IMG/VR virus record: IMGVR_UViG_3300034684_000299 | Location: 96,001 to 160,000 of that record | From: a virus | Length of the DNA: 64,000 bases | Direction: 5' to 3' (one strand) | In this document: piece by piece, positions 48,799-57,851 of the stretch | Layout of the letters: every line of letters starts with the position of its first letter | Position numbering within the stretch: position 1 is the stretch's first letter | Notes under the pieces: generated by a model | Told to the model about the DNA's origin: nothing | Seen by the model: the letters and a program-made list of their open reading frames with translations, nothing else | Database searches by the model: none | Position numbers and translations under genes: made by a program

Positions 48799-49947
48799 GT
48801 GATTATACAAGGAAAATATAATTTTGCTAAGGTATTTACAGAAAATATAGAAGAACAAGCTATTGAACAAATAAAAGAATTTTTAGATCAAGAATTCTCT
48901 AAAGATCTAAAGATACGAATAATGCCAGATGCACATGCAGGTGCAGGATGTGTAATTGGTACTACTATTTACTATCCTAAGAATGATAAAATAATTCCTA
49001 ATCTGGTTGGAGTTGATATAGGTTGTGGAGTACAAGTGGTGAAACTAGAAGAGAAAGATATAGATTATGCTAAATTAGACGAAGTTATAAGACAAGAAAT
49101 TCCTTCTGGTTTTCATGTACGTAATGTTCCACATAAATACGCTGAAAAAATACGAATAGAAGAGTTAATGATGTGCGTTTATAACATAAACTGGCGAAGA
49201 GCACAATTAAGCATAGGAACATTAGGGGGAGGAAACCACTTTATTGAAGTCGATAGAAATGACGATGGAGAGCTATATTTGGTAGTACATTCCGGGAGCA
49301 GATATTTAGGTAAGGAGATAGCGGATTACTATCAAAAATTGGCTGGTGCTTCCCTTACTGGTTATCCAATAGAACAAAAAAAGAGTATCAAAAAGAAACT
49401 TCAAGAAATGGGAATACCAAAAGACTTAGCATATCTAGAAGGAGAAGATTTAAGAAAGTATTTGTACGATATGGATATAGCACAACATTTTGCTATTTTG
49501 AACAGGATGGCTATTATAGACACTATTGTTGAAAAAATGAGATTCAAAGTTATAGATAGATTTGAGTCTGTACATAATTATATAGATATAGACAATATGA
49601 TACTGAGAAAAGGAGCTGTATCTGCTCAATTTGGACAAAGGTTAATCATTCCAATAAATATGAAAGATGGTAGTTTGATATGTGTAGGAAAAGGTAATCC
49701 AGATTGGAATTATTCGGCTCCTCATGGTGCAGGTAGGATAATGGGCAGACGGCAAGCAAAAGAAACTCTGTCTTTAGATGAATACAAGTATGCAATGGCA
49801 GGTGTTTATTCGACGTCTGTTAATGAAGATACAATAGATGAAGCACCTATGGCATATAAACCAATAGAAGAAATAGAAGCAAACATAAAAGATACAGTAG
49901 AGATCTTGGAAAGGATATATCCAGTTTACAATTTCAAAGCTAATTAG
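48799..49947 (+). CDS. rtcB: RtcB RNA ligase (2',3'-cyclic phosphate/3'-P to 5'-OH)
   Basis: MPDAHAGAGCVIG, VGVDIGCG, GGGNHFIE, HSGSR, HNY, RKGA, PHGAGR, DEAPMAYK. Confidence 0.95.
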   Translation: MIIQGKYNFAKVFTENIEEQAIEQIKEFLDQEFSKDLKIRIMPDAHAGAGCVIGTTIYYPKNDKIIPNLVGVDIGCGVQVVKLEEKDIDYAKLDEVIRQEIPSGFHVRNVPHKYAEKIRIEELMMCVYNINWRRAQLSIGTLGGGNHFIEVDRNDDGELYLVVHSGSRYLGKEIADYYQKLAGASLTGYPIEQKKSIKKKLQEMGIPKDLAYLEGEDLRKYLYDMDIAQHFAILNRMAIIDTIVEKMRFKVIDRFESVHNYIDIDNMILRKGAVSAQFGQRLIIPINMKDGSLICVGKGNPDWNYSAPHGAGRIMGRRQAKETLSLDEYKYAMAGVYSTSVNEDTIDEAPMAYKPIEEIEANIKDTVEILERIYPVYNFKAN

Positions 49948-49969
49948 TCTTAAAAAAGGAGGAGCTCAT

Positions 49970-50707
49970 ATGCTGAAAAGTTATAGAATACTAATAAAAG
50001 ATGCATATAAAGATGAATTTAAAGGAGATCTTGAAATATGTAGTATATTAGTGCCAGTAGGTGAAGACGAAAGGGAAAAAGCATTACAATTAATTCCTGA
50101 TTTAAAGAATTTAAATTGGGAAATTGAAGAAGAGAAAACGATAACAAATGAGCCAATGGAGACTGGAGTGTACGATGAAGAATTCTATATTAACGTAGTT
50201 CAAAAAGTTATCGGTATTAACTTCGAACCAGTAGAGTTTGTTAAATACGCTTTGTTTGATAATAAACATAACTTATTTAACAACATTGATTACAAACAAA
50301 AAGATTTTAAAAGCATTATAGAAATGCGGGAATATATATTGGAAAAATTCGAACCTGTTGCTATGAAAGAGATATTTCTGATAGAAAATGGTGTTGTTAA
50401 ATTAACTGATAAACACGAAATAAATTCCAAACCTGTAGGGTTTATGTATATAACTAAAAAAGATATGGAAAACAATGATTTATCCAAGAAAGATTGTGAA
50501 GATATATTAGAAGAAGAGTTCAAATATTACAAAGCATTTGTAGAAGGAGAATTGTTTCTGATAGAAATATATGATTTAAAAGAAATTTATAAAGATGGTA
50601 TAGAACCTTTAGGTACAATGGTATATTATGGTTTTGAGAGTGTCGAAAAGTTGTTGAATGGGAATATAGAGGATTATTCATATTTTAAAAAAAATAAGAG
50701 GAGGTAA
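49970..50707 (+). CDS. Acidic hypothetical protein, paralogue family C
   Basis: FEP..YAL..VGFMYI..YKAFVEGE. Confidence 0.8.
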   Translation: MLKSYRILIKDAYKDEFKGDLEICSILVPVGEDEREKALQLIPDLKNLNWEIEEEKTITNEPMETGVYDEEFYINVVQKVIGINFEPVEFVKYALFDNKHNLFNNIDYKQKDFKSIIEMREYILEKFEPVAMKEIFLIENGVVKLTDKHEINSKPVGFMYITKKDMENNDLSKKDCEDILEEEFKYYKAFVEGELFLIEIYDLKEIYKDGIEPLGTMVYYGFESVEKLLNGNIEDYSYFKKNKRR

Positions 50708-50712
50708 AAAAA

Positions 50713-51075
50713 ATGAAAGTTGAAGAATTCAAAAATATAATAAGTAAAGAGAAAAAGAAACATAATAGTTTGATAATCAAAATAACTAAAAAAAAGCTTG
50801 AAAATATAATTCCAAAATATTTTGAATATATAAAAAAGAATATTGCTGATGGGATAGTCCACAAAGAAGAAGTAGAAAATGAAAAATGGAATTGTTTATA
50901 TCTTGAAATTGATCCACAATATCAAGATATTTTTTTCTATTTATCAACAGAGGATATTAAAAATGATGGTAGTTTTATGTTTAGAAAAAAATTCAATGAA
51001 GTGTCTGAAGAAGAATTAGAAATTTTAAGTAATCTATTTAGTAATGACAAATTTTACTACAAACCAAAAAAATAG
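50713..51075 (+). CDS. Hypothetical protein, paralogue family F
   Basis: KFNEVSEEELEIL C-terminal pattern. Confidence 0.65.
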   Translation: MKVEEFKNIISKEKKKHNSLIIKITKKKLENIIPKYFEYIKKNIADGIVHKEEVENEKWNCLYLEIDPQYQDIFFYLSTEDIKNDGSFMFRKKFNEVSEEELEILSNLFSNDKFYYKPKK

Positions 51076-51193
51076 AAAACAATTAAGAGAAATTTCTAAA
51101 AATGTTTGTCAAAATTGGTATATATCTTCTAGAAATTTGAAGTATTTAAGGAAGGAAGATTGGGACGACAAAATATAAGAGGAGGTAAAAAAA

Positions 51194-51613
51194 ATGAAAG
51201 TTGAAGAATTCAAAAAGAGTGTCTTAAACAGTTTAGATGAAATACCTGAATTACCGTATGGTTCAGTGTTCATTGAGATGCATTATGATAAAGCCGATTA
51301 CCAAAAAACTTTAGACGAAATATTAGATCAAGAAGAAATGAGTGTTAAAGAAATAGAAGAAACATTAAAAGAAGCACAAAATGAGCCATATAGAATAGCT
51401 GATAATTTGACTGATATTTATACAGCCGATCTTTTGGAATGGTATATGAAAGATCTTGACAGAATTTCTTATTTAGACGAAGCTCTCAAAAATTTAGAAG
51501 CACCAGATGGTATTACTGCTTTGTCAGAAGGACAATTTTTATATTGGGAAGAGGTAGTATCAGAAGTAATTGAAAAGGGACTTGAAACACTTAAAAACTT
51601 TAAAAAAAAATAA
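51194..51613 (+). CDS. Ocr-like acidic protein, paralogue family D
   Basis: IADNLTDIYTADLLEWY, GQFLYWEEVVSEVIE. Confidence 0.6.
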   Translation: MKVEEFKKSVLNSLDEIPELPYGSVFIEMHYDKADYQKTLDEILDQEEMSVKEIEETLKEAQNEPYRIADNLTDIYTADLLEWYMKDLDRISYLDEALKNLEAPDGITALSEGQFLYWEEVVSEVIEKGLETLKNFKKK

Positions 51614-51628
51614 GAGGAGGAATTTAAA

Positions 51629-52372
51629 ATGCCAAATTGGGTATATAACAATCTAACGTTAAAAGCTAAAAGCGAAAAAAGATTATTAGAAGTAATTCAA
51701 GAAATAACTAGCGACGAAGACGGAAAAATGGTATTAGATTTCAACAAGATAATTCCAGCTCCGGCGAATGTCTTTCAAGCATCATACAATGAAAGTACTA
51801 TTGAAGCATTGAATGCTTATATAAACTTAAACAACATTACTTCTGATGAAGAGTTAAATAAAGTATTAAAAGATCCGCACTGGGAAGATGAAACACCTAA
51901 GTTTGAATTTATAGACATGACAAAGAAAGAATTTGTGGAAAAATACAAAGATATGAAATATAAACCTAAAATAGAGATTGTGAGTTGGTACGACTGGAAT
52001 ACAGCTTGTTGGGATACCAAATGGAATGCGTATACTAGAAATATTGAACTATCAGGAGATACGGCATACATTGAATTCGAAACAGCTTGGTCTGCACCTG
52101 AAGACATTTTTAAAGAGCTGAAGAAAAAGTATCCCGATATTGTTTTTAAATGGAAGTATTGGGAACCGATGATGGGATGGGCTGGTAGTAATGGATATTA
52201 TGTAGATGTTAGCGAGGGACTAACAAAATATGTAGAGTTTTTAATTATGAATGATTTCATTGACGAACCAGAAGAAATTGGTTATACAATGGATGAAGAT
52301 GGGGATTATAGATGTATGTCAGAAGACGAAAATGAAGAATGGGAAAAAACAAGGGGTGAATTAAATGACTGA
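51629..52372 (+). CDS. DUF1281/YubB-like ferredoxin-fold protein
   Basis: MPNWVYN, LDFNKIIP, WYDW...WDTKWN, FETAWSAP. Confidence 0.7.
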   Translation: MPNWVYNNLTLKAKSEKRLLEVIQEITSDEDGKMVLDFNKIIPAPANVFQASYNESTIEALNAYINLNNITSDEELNKVLKDPHWEDETPKFEFIDMTKKEFVEKYKDMKYKPKIEIVSWYDWNTACWDTKWNAYTRNIELSGDTAYIEFETAWSAPEDIFKELKKKYPDIVFKWKYWEPMMGWAGSNGYYVDVSEGLTKYVEFLIMNDFIDEPEEIGYTMDEDGDYRCMSEDENEEWEKTRGELND

Positions 52373-52856
52373 TAATCTCACTGTGCAAGATTGGAACAAA
52401 ATAATAGAAGAAAAAGAAGTCGATTTACTTATAGAAATTGAAAATATGATAGATCAGGCGTTTGAAAAAAACGATGATGATGTTTTAAGTGTTATTTTAA
52501 ACTCAGACGGAGAAGTATATACAAAAATCTTCCATCCCGGGGAAGAAATTAAGGTAAATGACAACGAAGTGGTAATAGAAAGTCTGTTACCAGAGATGTG
52601 TCAATTAGAAAGCGAATTAATGGATTTGCATTATGAATTTTTTGAAGAATTGATGTATGAATTAGACCTTATAGAAGAATACAAAAAATTTAAACAACAA
52701 CATGGGAACAGTACTAATTTCAAGGAATTTCCTATGGACAAATTTTATCAATTTCTTCCAAAAGATAAACAAGAGAAAGTGAAAGAATTTATTATTGAAA
52801 AGTTCAAAGGAGATTTTTTTAAAAATTACCGTATATATCCAAAGTTTTGGAGATGA
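52365..52856 (+). CDS. Acidic hypothetical protein, paralogue family G
   Basis: DWNK..VILNSDGEVY. Confidence 0.7.
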   Translation: MTDNLTVQDWNKIIEEKEVDLLIEIENMIDQAFEKNDDDVLSVILNSDGEVYTKIFHPGEEIKVNDNEVVIESLLPEMCQLESELMDLHYEFFEELMYELDLIEEYKKFKQQHGNSTNFKEFPMDKFYQFLPKDKQEKVKEFIIEKFKGDFFKNYRIYPKFWR

Positions 52857-52923
52857 GTTAAGTGTTTTAAGGGTTCCTATCAATTGGGATAGGAACCTAA
52901 TTTTTAAAAAAGGAGGTAATAAA

Positions 52924-53328
52924 ATGAGTCATGGAGGAAAGAAAAAAGAAATACTTAAAGAAATTGAAGAAATAGAAAGTCAATTTAATGATTGGGAGTG
53001 TACTGGCAAAGAAGATTTATATGATGAGACTGTTGATTATTTAAAAATAGTGTTTGAAAAACACAAAAATATAACTAAATCGATTTTTTTAAGTTATACA
53101 GTAGTTTTTCATGGAAATGTTAGTTGGGAATTGCCAATTTTTGATTGTATAATAACTATTGGTAATGCTGGAGATAATATAGGTTTTTGGGAGGAATTTT
53201 CACTTATTACATATAACAAATCAGAATATTTAGCAATAAAAGATATTCCAAATATTTTAAAGGCAATAGACAATTTTGGAAGTCCTGAAAATAATCTACA
53301 ACTTTTATTCAATAAAACTATAAGCTAA
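52924..53328 (+). CDS. Hypothetical protein
   Basis: AGGAGG-led ATG within ORF 52795..53328. Confidence 0.7.
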   Translation: MSHGGKKKEILKEIEEIESQFNDWECTGKEDLYDETVDYLKIVFEKHKNITKSIFLSYTVVFHGNVSWELPIFDCIITIGNAGDNIGFWEEFSLITYNKSEYLAIKDIPNILKAIDNFGSPENNLQLLFNKTIS

Positions 53329-53358
53329 TTTATTACATAACAAAAAGGAGGCTTTAAA

Positions 53359-54168
53359 ATGCTGAGAGAAATACAAGTTTTTGAACAAAATAATCCATTT
53401 GAAATTCCTTATGATTATTATTTAGGCAATGTTTTAACTCCAGATGAAAATTTAGAAGATACTTATTCAAAATTATCATTCCCAAAAGACACTAAATCCA
53501 AAAATCCGCAGTACTATTTCCTCAAAAAAGGAATAATAGCTGAAAACACGTTGGGATTAGATGTTAAGACTGATAAATTGTATATGAGTGTAGAAATGTT
53601 CGACGGTGATTTGAAATATCAATCATTAGAGAATATCAAATACGCATTGAATGATGAGAAATATAAATTTTTGAATAACACAACAGTTAATTTTAAGTAT
53701 TTCAATTATATTTTTGGTTTAAGGGATTACATAATATCCGAATATAATCCAATAGCTATAAAATTATTGTCAATAATAGATTCTGGCACTGGCTTTGAAT
53801 TGAAAGAAGGTATTCTAACAAATTTTGAATCCCGTGAAATTGGATACATGTTTATCACAGAAAAAACAGCAGAAAAGATGGGATGGAGTAAAGAACAAGC
53901 AGAATTAGAACTGCAAAAAGCATTTGAAGATTATAAACATTATGTAGAAGGAGAAATATTTTTGATTAATGTATATAATATATACAGCATCTACAAACAA
54001 TCAAGGAAGATAGAAAGAACCAGGAAATCTAATCTTCCTTTCATCACATTGATATGTTTTGGAGAAGAAGAATTAAAGAATATATTGGATGAGAAACTTA
54101 ATGAGATTTTACCAAAAATGTTTAAGTACAAAAAAGAAGATTTAATTCATGTTGGAAAAGGAAATTAA
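53359..54168 (+). CDS. Hypothetical protein, paralogue family C
   Basis: TDKLY..YNPIA..IGYMFI..YKHYVEGE. Confidence 0.8.
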   Translation: MLREIQVFEQNNPFEIPYDYYLGNVLTPDENLEDTYSKLSFPKDTKSKNPQYYFLKKGIIAENTLGLDVKTDKLYMSVEMFDGDLKYQSLENIKYALNDEKYKFLNNTTVNFKYFNYIFGLRDYIISEYNPIAIKLLSIIDSGTGFELKEGILTNFESREIGYMFITEKTAEKMGWSKEQAELELQKAFEDYKHYVEGEIFLINVYNIYSIYKQSRKIERTRKSNLPFITLICFGEEELKNILDEKLNEILPKMFKYKKEDLIHVGKGN

Positions 54169-54190
54169 ATTTTAGAGAGGAGGAATTTAA

Positions 54191-54322
54191 ATGGCTGAAG
54201 ATTTGGATGAATTAATAAATGAATATAAAAATAAGAATGACGAACTCTCAAAGTCATATAAAAGAGCTTTAGAAATACTAAAAGCAAAAGAAAGTATAGA
54301 AGAAAAGAAGGGGGAAAAATGA
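54191..54322 (+). CDS. Small hypothetical protein (43 aa)
   Basis: GAGGAGG SD; overlaps the next start. Confidence 0.5.
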   Translation: MAEDLDELINEYKNKNDELSKSYKRALEILKAKESIEEKKGEK

Positions 54323-54609
54323 CTAAAGAAGAATGGCTAAAGGTGGCAAATGATAGTCATGACCAATTAAAAGAAAAATTTAAGGAAGCGTTGGAATTAA
54401 CTCGTACTAAAAATATGGAACATACGGTAGTATTGGAAAGTAATGGCAATTGTTATGTTACTGATAATTACTCAGAAAATCAAACAAGTTTAGATTTCAT
54501 AAGATTTGAAAATCTAAAAGAAGAAATTGAGCTGTTTGAAAGAAAGTTAGACTTTTGGTTTGAGATATTTTTTGAAACATTCATTGAGCGGATAGAACTA
54601 ACACTTTGA
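54319..54609 (+). CDS. Hypothetical protein, paralogue family G
   Basis: KEEWLKVA..KEAL..VVLESNGNCY. Confidence 0.7.
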   Translation: MTKEEWLKVANDSHDQLKEKFKEALELTRTKNMEHTVVLESNGNCYVTDNYSENQTSLDFIRFENLKEEIELFERKLDFWFEIFFETFIERIELTL

Positions 54610-54631
54610 ATTAAACAAAGGAGGTAATATC

Positions 54632-55321
54632 ATGGGACAATACTATTTAATTGCAAATATAGATAAGAAAGAATATTTAGAACCTGATTTGCTGAAATTA
54701 ATGGAAACTTCTTACATTGGGAACCCGTATCCAGAAACTGTAGTTGATTTATTAGCAGGTAGATGGAAAGGGGATAGAGTAATGTGGTGTGGTGATTATG
54801 CCCAAGATGAACCACATTTTAAAGAATTTATGAAAGGTATTGATTTAGACAAATTAGAAGAAGATATAATTAAACAAGGGCATTTTGATATTAAATCTAT
54901 CAAAGCTAATTTTGGGTCGGTAAAAGATTATATTAAAGAAGCATTCAATTATTACTTCTTGGCTGAATATACTTTTACAAAAATAGAACCAAATTATTCA
55001 TCCAATAGTGTAGTAGAAAGGACAGGAGCGTGTGTTGAGTTTATTCTGAATGAAGACAAAAAAGAAGCTATTGCAGTACCTTTTTATCGTCATGCCCATT
55101 TAGATTATACAATTCATCCACTCCCATTATTAACAGCAACTTCTAATGGACGTGGAAGCGGAGATTATGAAGGAATAAACATGGAATATGTGGGAAGTTG
55201 GGCTGGTGATAGATTATCAGCAATAATAAACGATTTTTCAGATCCAAAAGACAACAAGTATATCAAATTATTGGATGAAGGTTATCAAATATTAGATATA
55301 CATTTTCAAGAAACTTACTGA
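54632..55321 (+). CDS. Conserved hypothetical phage protein
   Basis: MGQYY..NIDKKEY, LKLME, WxGDRV..GDYA, PLPLLT..NGRGSGDY, GSWAGD. Confidence 0.75.
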   Translation: MGQYYLIANIDKKEYLEPDLLKLMETSYIGNPYPETVVDLLAGRWKGDRVMWCGDYAQDEPHFKEFMKGIDLDKLEEDIIKQGHFDIKSIKANFGSVKDYIKEAFNYYFLAEYTFTKIEPNYSSNSVVERTGACVEFILNEDKKEAIAVPFYRHAHLDYTIHPLPLLTATSNGRGSGDYEGINMEYVGSWAGDRLSAIINDFSDPKDNKYIKLLDEGYQILDIHFQETY

Positions 55322-55339
55322 AGAAATAAAAGAGATCTA

Positions 55340-55555
55340 GTCAACTACCCCACCCTATAGAGGGTGGAGCTTGTAAAAGCTCAAGTTGACTACCCTAAGT
55401 CCTTCGAGGACTACGTTATATAGGTCATAACACCTACGGGCGTTTCTCCTAACTCGTAGCTCTGTTGCTTAACTTTAAACAATCCTGTGAGGTAGGGATA
55501 GTGAGTTAAGTGTAAAAAGCCTATATAACATTGGGGAAGGAGACATTACTCCAAA
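55340..55555 (+). ncRNA. Third IscB-type omegaRNA; downstream iscB replaced by a TnpB element
   Basis: First 30 nt identical to 7006; CTACGTTATA, TTAAACA and ATAACATTGG blocks; ends in SD + ATG. Confidence 0.8.
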
Positions 55556-55719
55556 AGGAGGTATACTTTATGAAAATCCAGCGAGAACACTCTCCAATTC
55601 ATTGGAGAGATGAGAGCTGGCTTTAAACAATGAAACAAATTTTAACTACAAATATTATATATAAATGTATGATACATTTGTAATATATTATACAATTATC
55701 TAATAAAGGAGAATTTAAG

Positions 55720-56883
55720 ATGTTGAAGACATATAAGTTTCGTATATACCCAACAGAAGAACAAATTGAGAAGTTGAACCAGCATTTCGGACATACTCGA
55801 TTTGTATATAACTTGTTCTTAGAGCTTTCAAGCAATGCATATAAAAATACCAAAACGCATACTAATTACAATGTTTGGGCTAAAATGCTTGTGGCTCTTA
55901 AGAAATCCGAAAAGTATAAATGGCTGAACGATGTTAACTCTCAATCGTTACAACAATCTTTGAAAGACTTAGATACTGGCTATAAACGTTTCTTTAAGAA
56001 GCAGAGTAAACATCCGAAATTCAAGAAAAAAGCGAATAGACAATCGTTTAGAGTTCCTCAACATATACAATTGTACGAAAATGAGAGTAACGATAAATAC
56101 GGTATTCTTTTCATTCCTAAGTTTAAAGAAGGCATTAAAGTACGTATGCATCGTAAAGTACCTTCTAATGCTAAGTTGAAAAGTTGTACGATTGTTAAAA
56201 CTACTACAAATAATTACTATGTGTCTATTCTTGTGGAAACAGATGAAATCGTACCTGTAAGAGATATAGACTACAAAAATTCAATTGGTATAGATGTAGG
56301 GCTTAAGGATATGGCAATTTTGTCTAACGGTAAAAAATACGAAGTGCTCAAACCATTAGCCAAACTTGAGAGAAAACTAAAACGTGTTCAAAAGAAACTT
56401 TCAAAGAAAGTTCTATATTCCAAGAATTGGCATAAAGCAAAATTAGAGGTGGCTAAAGTACATGAGAAAATTAAGAATACAAGAGAGGATTTTTTACATA
56501 AACTAACGAAGGAAATCAGCGAGAACCAAGCTGATGTCTTTTTCGTTGAGACTCTTAATATAAGTGGCATGTTAAAGAATCATCATTTAGCTAAAAGTAT
56601 CTCAGATGTAAGTTGGTACAAATTCAAGACGTTTCTAAAATACAAAGCAGAGAGGTTAGGTAAGAAGGTAATCGAGATAGGAATGTTCGAACCTTCGTCT
56701 AAGATTTGTAGTGTTTGTGGATATAAGAACAAAGATTTAGAACTCTCTGATAGAGAATGGATATGTCCTGAATGTGGTACCAAACACGATAGAGATATAA
56801 ATGCCGCTATCAATATTAGACAGTTTGGAATAGATAAATATACTTCCAAACCATCGAAAGAGTTGCAGTTAGTTCCTGCTTAA
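55720..56883 (+). CDS. tnpB: TnpB RNA-guided endonuclease
   Basis: GIDVG, FVETL, CSVCG/CPECG, DRDINAA. Confidence 0.95.
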   Translation: MLKTYKFRIYPTEEQIEKLNQHFGHTRFVYNLFLELSSNAYKNTKTHTNYNVWAKMLVALKKSEKYKWLNDVNSQSLQQSLKDLDTGYKRFFKKQSKHPKFKKKANRQSFRVPQHIQLYENESNDKYGILFIPKFKEGIKVRMHRKVPSNAKLKSCTIVKTTTNNYYVSILVETDEIVPVRDIDYKNSIGIDVGLKDMAILSNGKKYEVLKPLAKLERKLKRVQKKLSKKVLYSKNWHKAKLEVAKVHEKIKNTREDFLHKLTKEISENQADVFFVETLNISGMLKNHHLAKSISDVSWYKFKTFLKYKAERLGKKVIEIGMFEPSSKICSVCGYKNKDLELSDREWICPECGTKHDRDINAAINIRQFGIDKYTSKPSKELQLVPA

Positions 56884-57003
56884 AAGAACTCTACCCCAGG
56901 GACTGGGGAATGTTAAGCCTTTGGAGACTGTGTAAGACGAGCATTCATTGTCGCAACAGTCGATGAATTAGGAAGCTTACCTCTTTAGAGGTAAGTAGTT
57001 CAC
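56864..57003 (+). ncRNA. TnpB omegaRNA scaffold
   Basis: Right-end region retained near-identically in the ORF-less element at 20531-20783. Confidence 0.75.
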
Positions 57004-57018
57004 GACAAGAAATAGGAG

Positions 57019-57315
57019 ATGATTAAAATGGATTTTAATGATCAAGATTTAGAACAACTTGTAGATCTTATTATAGATAAAATAGCTGATAAACTAAAAA
57101 AAATCAAAGAGTTTGAAAATGAAAATAGTTGGTTGACTTATGACAACACAAAACTAAAAAGTGAAATAAGTAACCAAAATAATGTAATATATTATTATTC
57201 CTCTCAAGTGTCAGATTTAAGAAAAGAAAATAAAAAATTGAAAAAAGAATTAGAAGAAGCTGAGAAAGAAATTAGTTTTCTCCATGAAGAACTAAACAAA
57301 AGTGAATATCAATAA
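57019..57315 (+). CDS. Coiled-coil hypothetical protein
   Basis: Heptad-rich C-terminal half. Confidence 0.65.
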   Translation: MIKMDFNDQDLEQLVDLIIDKIADKLKKIKEFENENSWLTYDNTKLKSEISNQNNVIYYYSSQVSDLRKENKKLKKELEEAEKEISFLHEELNKSEYQ

Positions 57316-57329
57316 AGGAGATCTTATAA

Positions 57330-57851
57330 ATGGTTAATTGGATAGAATTAATTGAAAAAAATGACAAAAAAATTAGAAAGAAAATAGAAATAGCAATAAG
57401 AAAAACTTATGATTTTACTTTAGGATTTAATAAACTTTTAGATATTTTTGTGTTGTTGAGCAAGAAGGGTAAAGTTTATTTAAAATATAGAAAAAATGAT
57501 ATTGATAAAGAATTAAAAGAAGTCGAAAAAGGAGAGGCTATTTTAATTGCTTCTTTCTACCCACTAGAATGTGATTCAGATGATGAATTATATAGGATGG
57601 ATAGAGAAATAATACAAGAGATCTTTGAAAAGTGTAATTGTGTAGAGTATTTAGAAGATTTCTTAAAACTAAAAGAAAGTGACGAATATAATAAAGCTAT
57701 GGTGTTTCTTTATAATTTACCACAAGAAAAAATATATTGTTTAACAAAAACAACTACAAATTATATTGTTGATAATTACTTCCAAACATATTATCTGGAA
57801 AATCTGGACAATCTGTTTGAAGAATATAAAAAGGAGGAATTAAAATGTTAG
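57330..57851 (+). CDS. Hypothetical protein, paralogue family G
   Basis: NWIELIEK..IRKKIE.AI..VLLSKKGKVY..IASFYP. Confidence 0.7.
   Translation: MVNWIELIEKNDKKIRKKIEIAIRKTYDFTLGFNKLLDIFVLLSKKGKVYLKYRKNDIDKELKEVEKGEAILIASFYPLECDSDDELYRMDREIIQEIFEKCNCVEYLEDFLKLKESDEYNKAMVFLYNLPQEKIYCLTKTTTNYIVDNYFQTYYLENLDNLFEEYKKEELKC

Larger units (their letters stand above)
55572..57003 (+). mobile_element. IS605-type element with tnpB only (no tnpA)
   Basis: TTTAT target, left-end hairpin CTCTCCAAT/ATTGGAGAG, right-end hairpin TTACCTCT/AGAGGTAA, ends GTTCAC. Confidence 0.88.
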
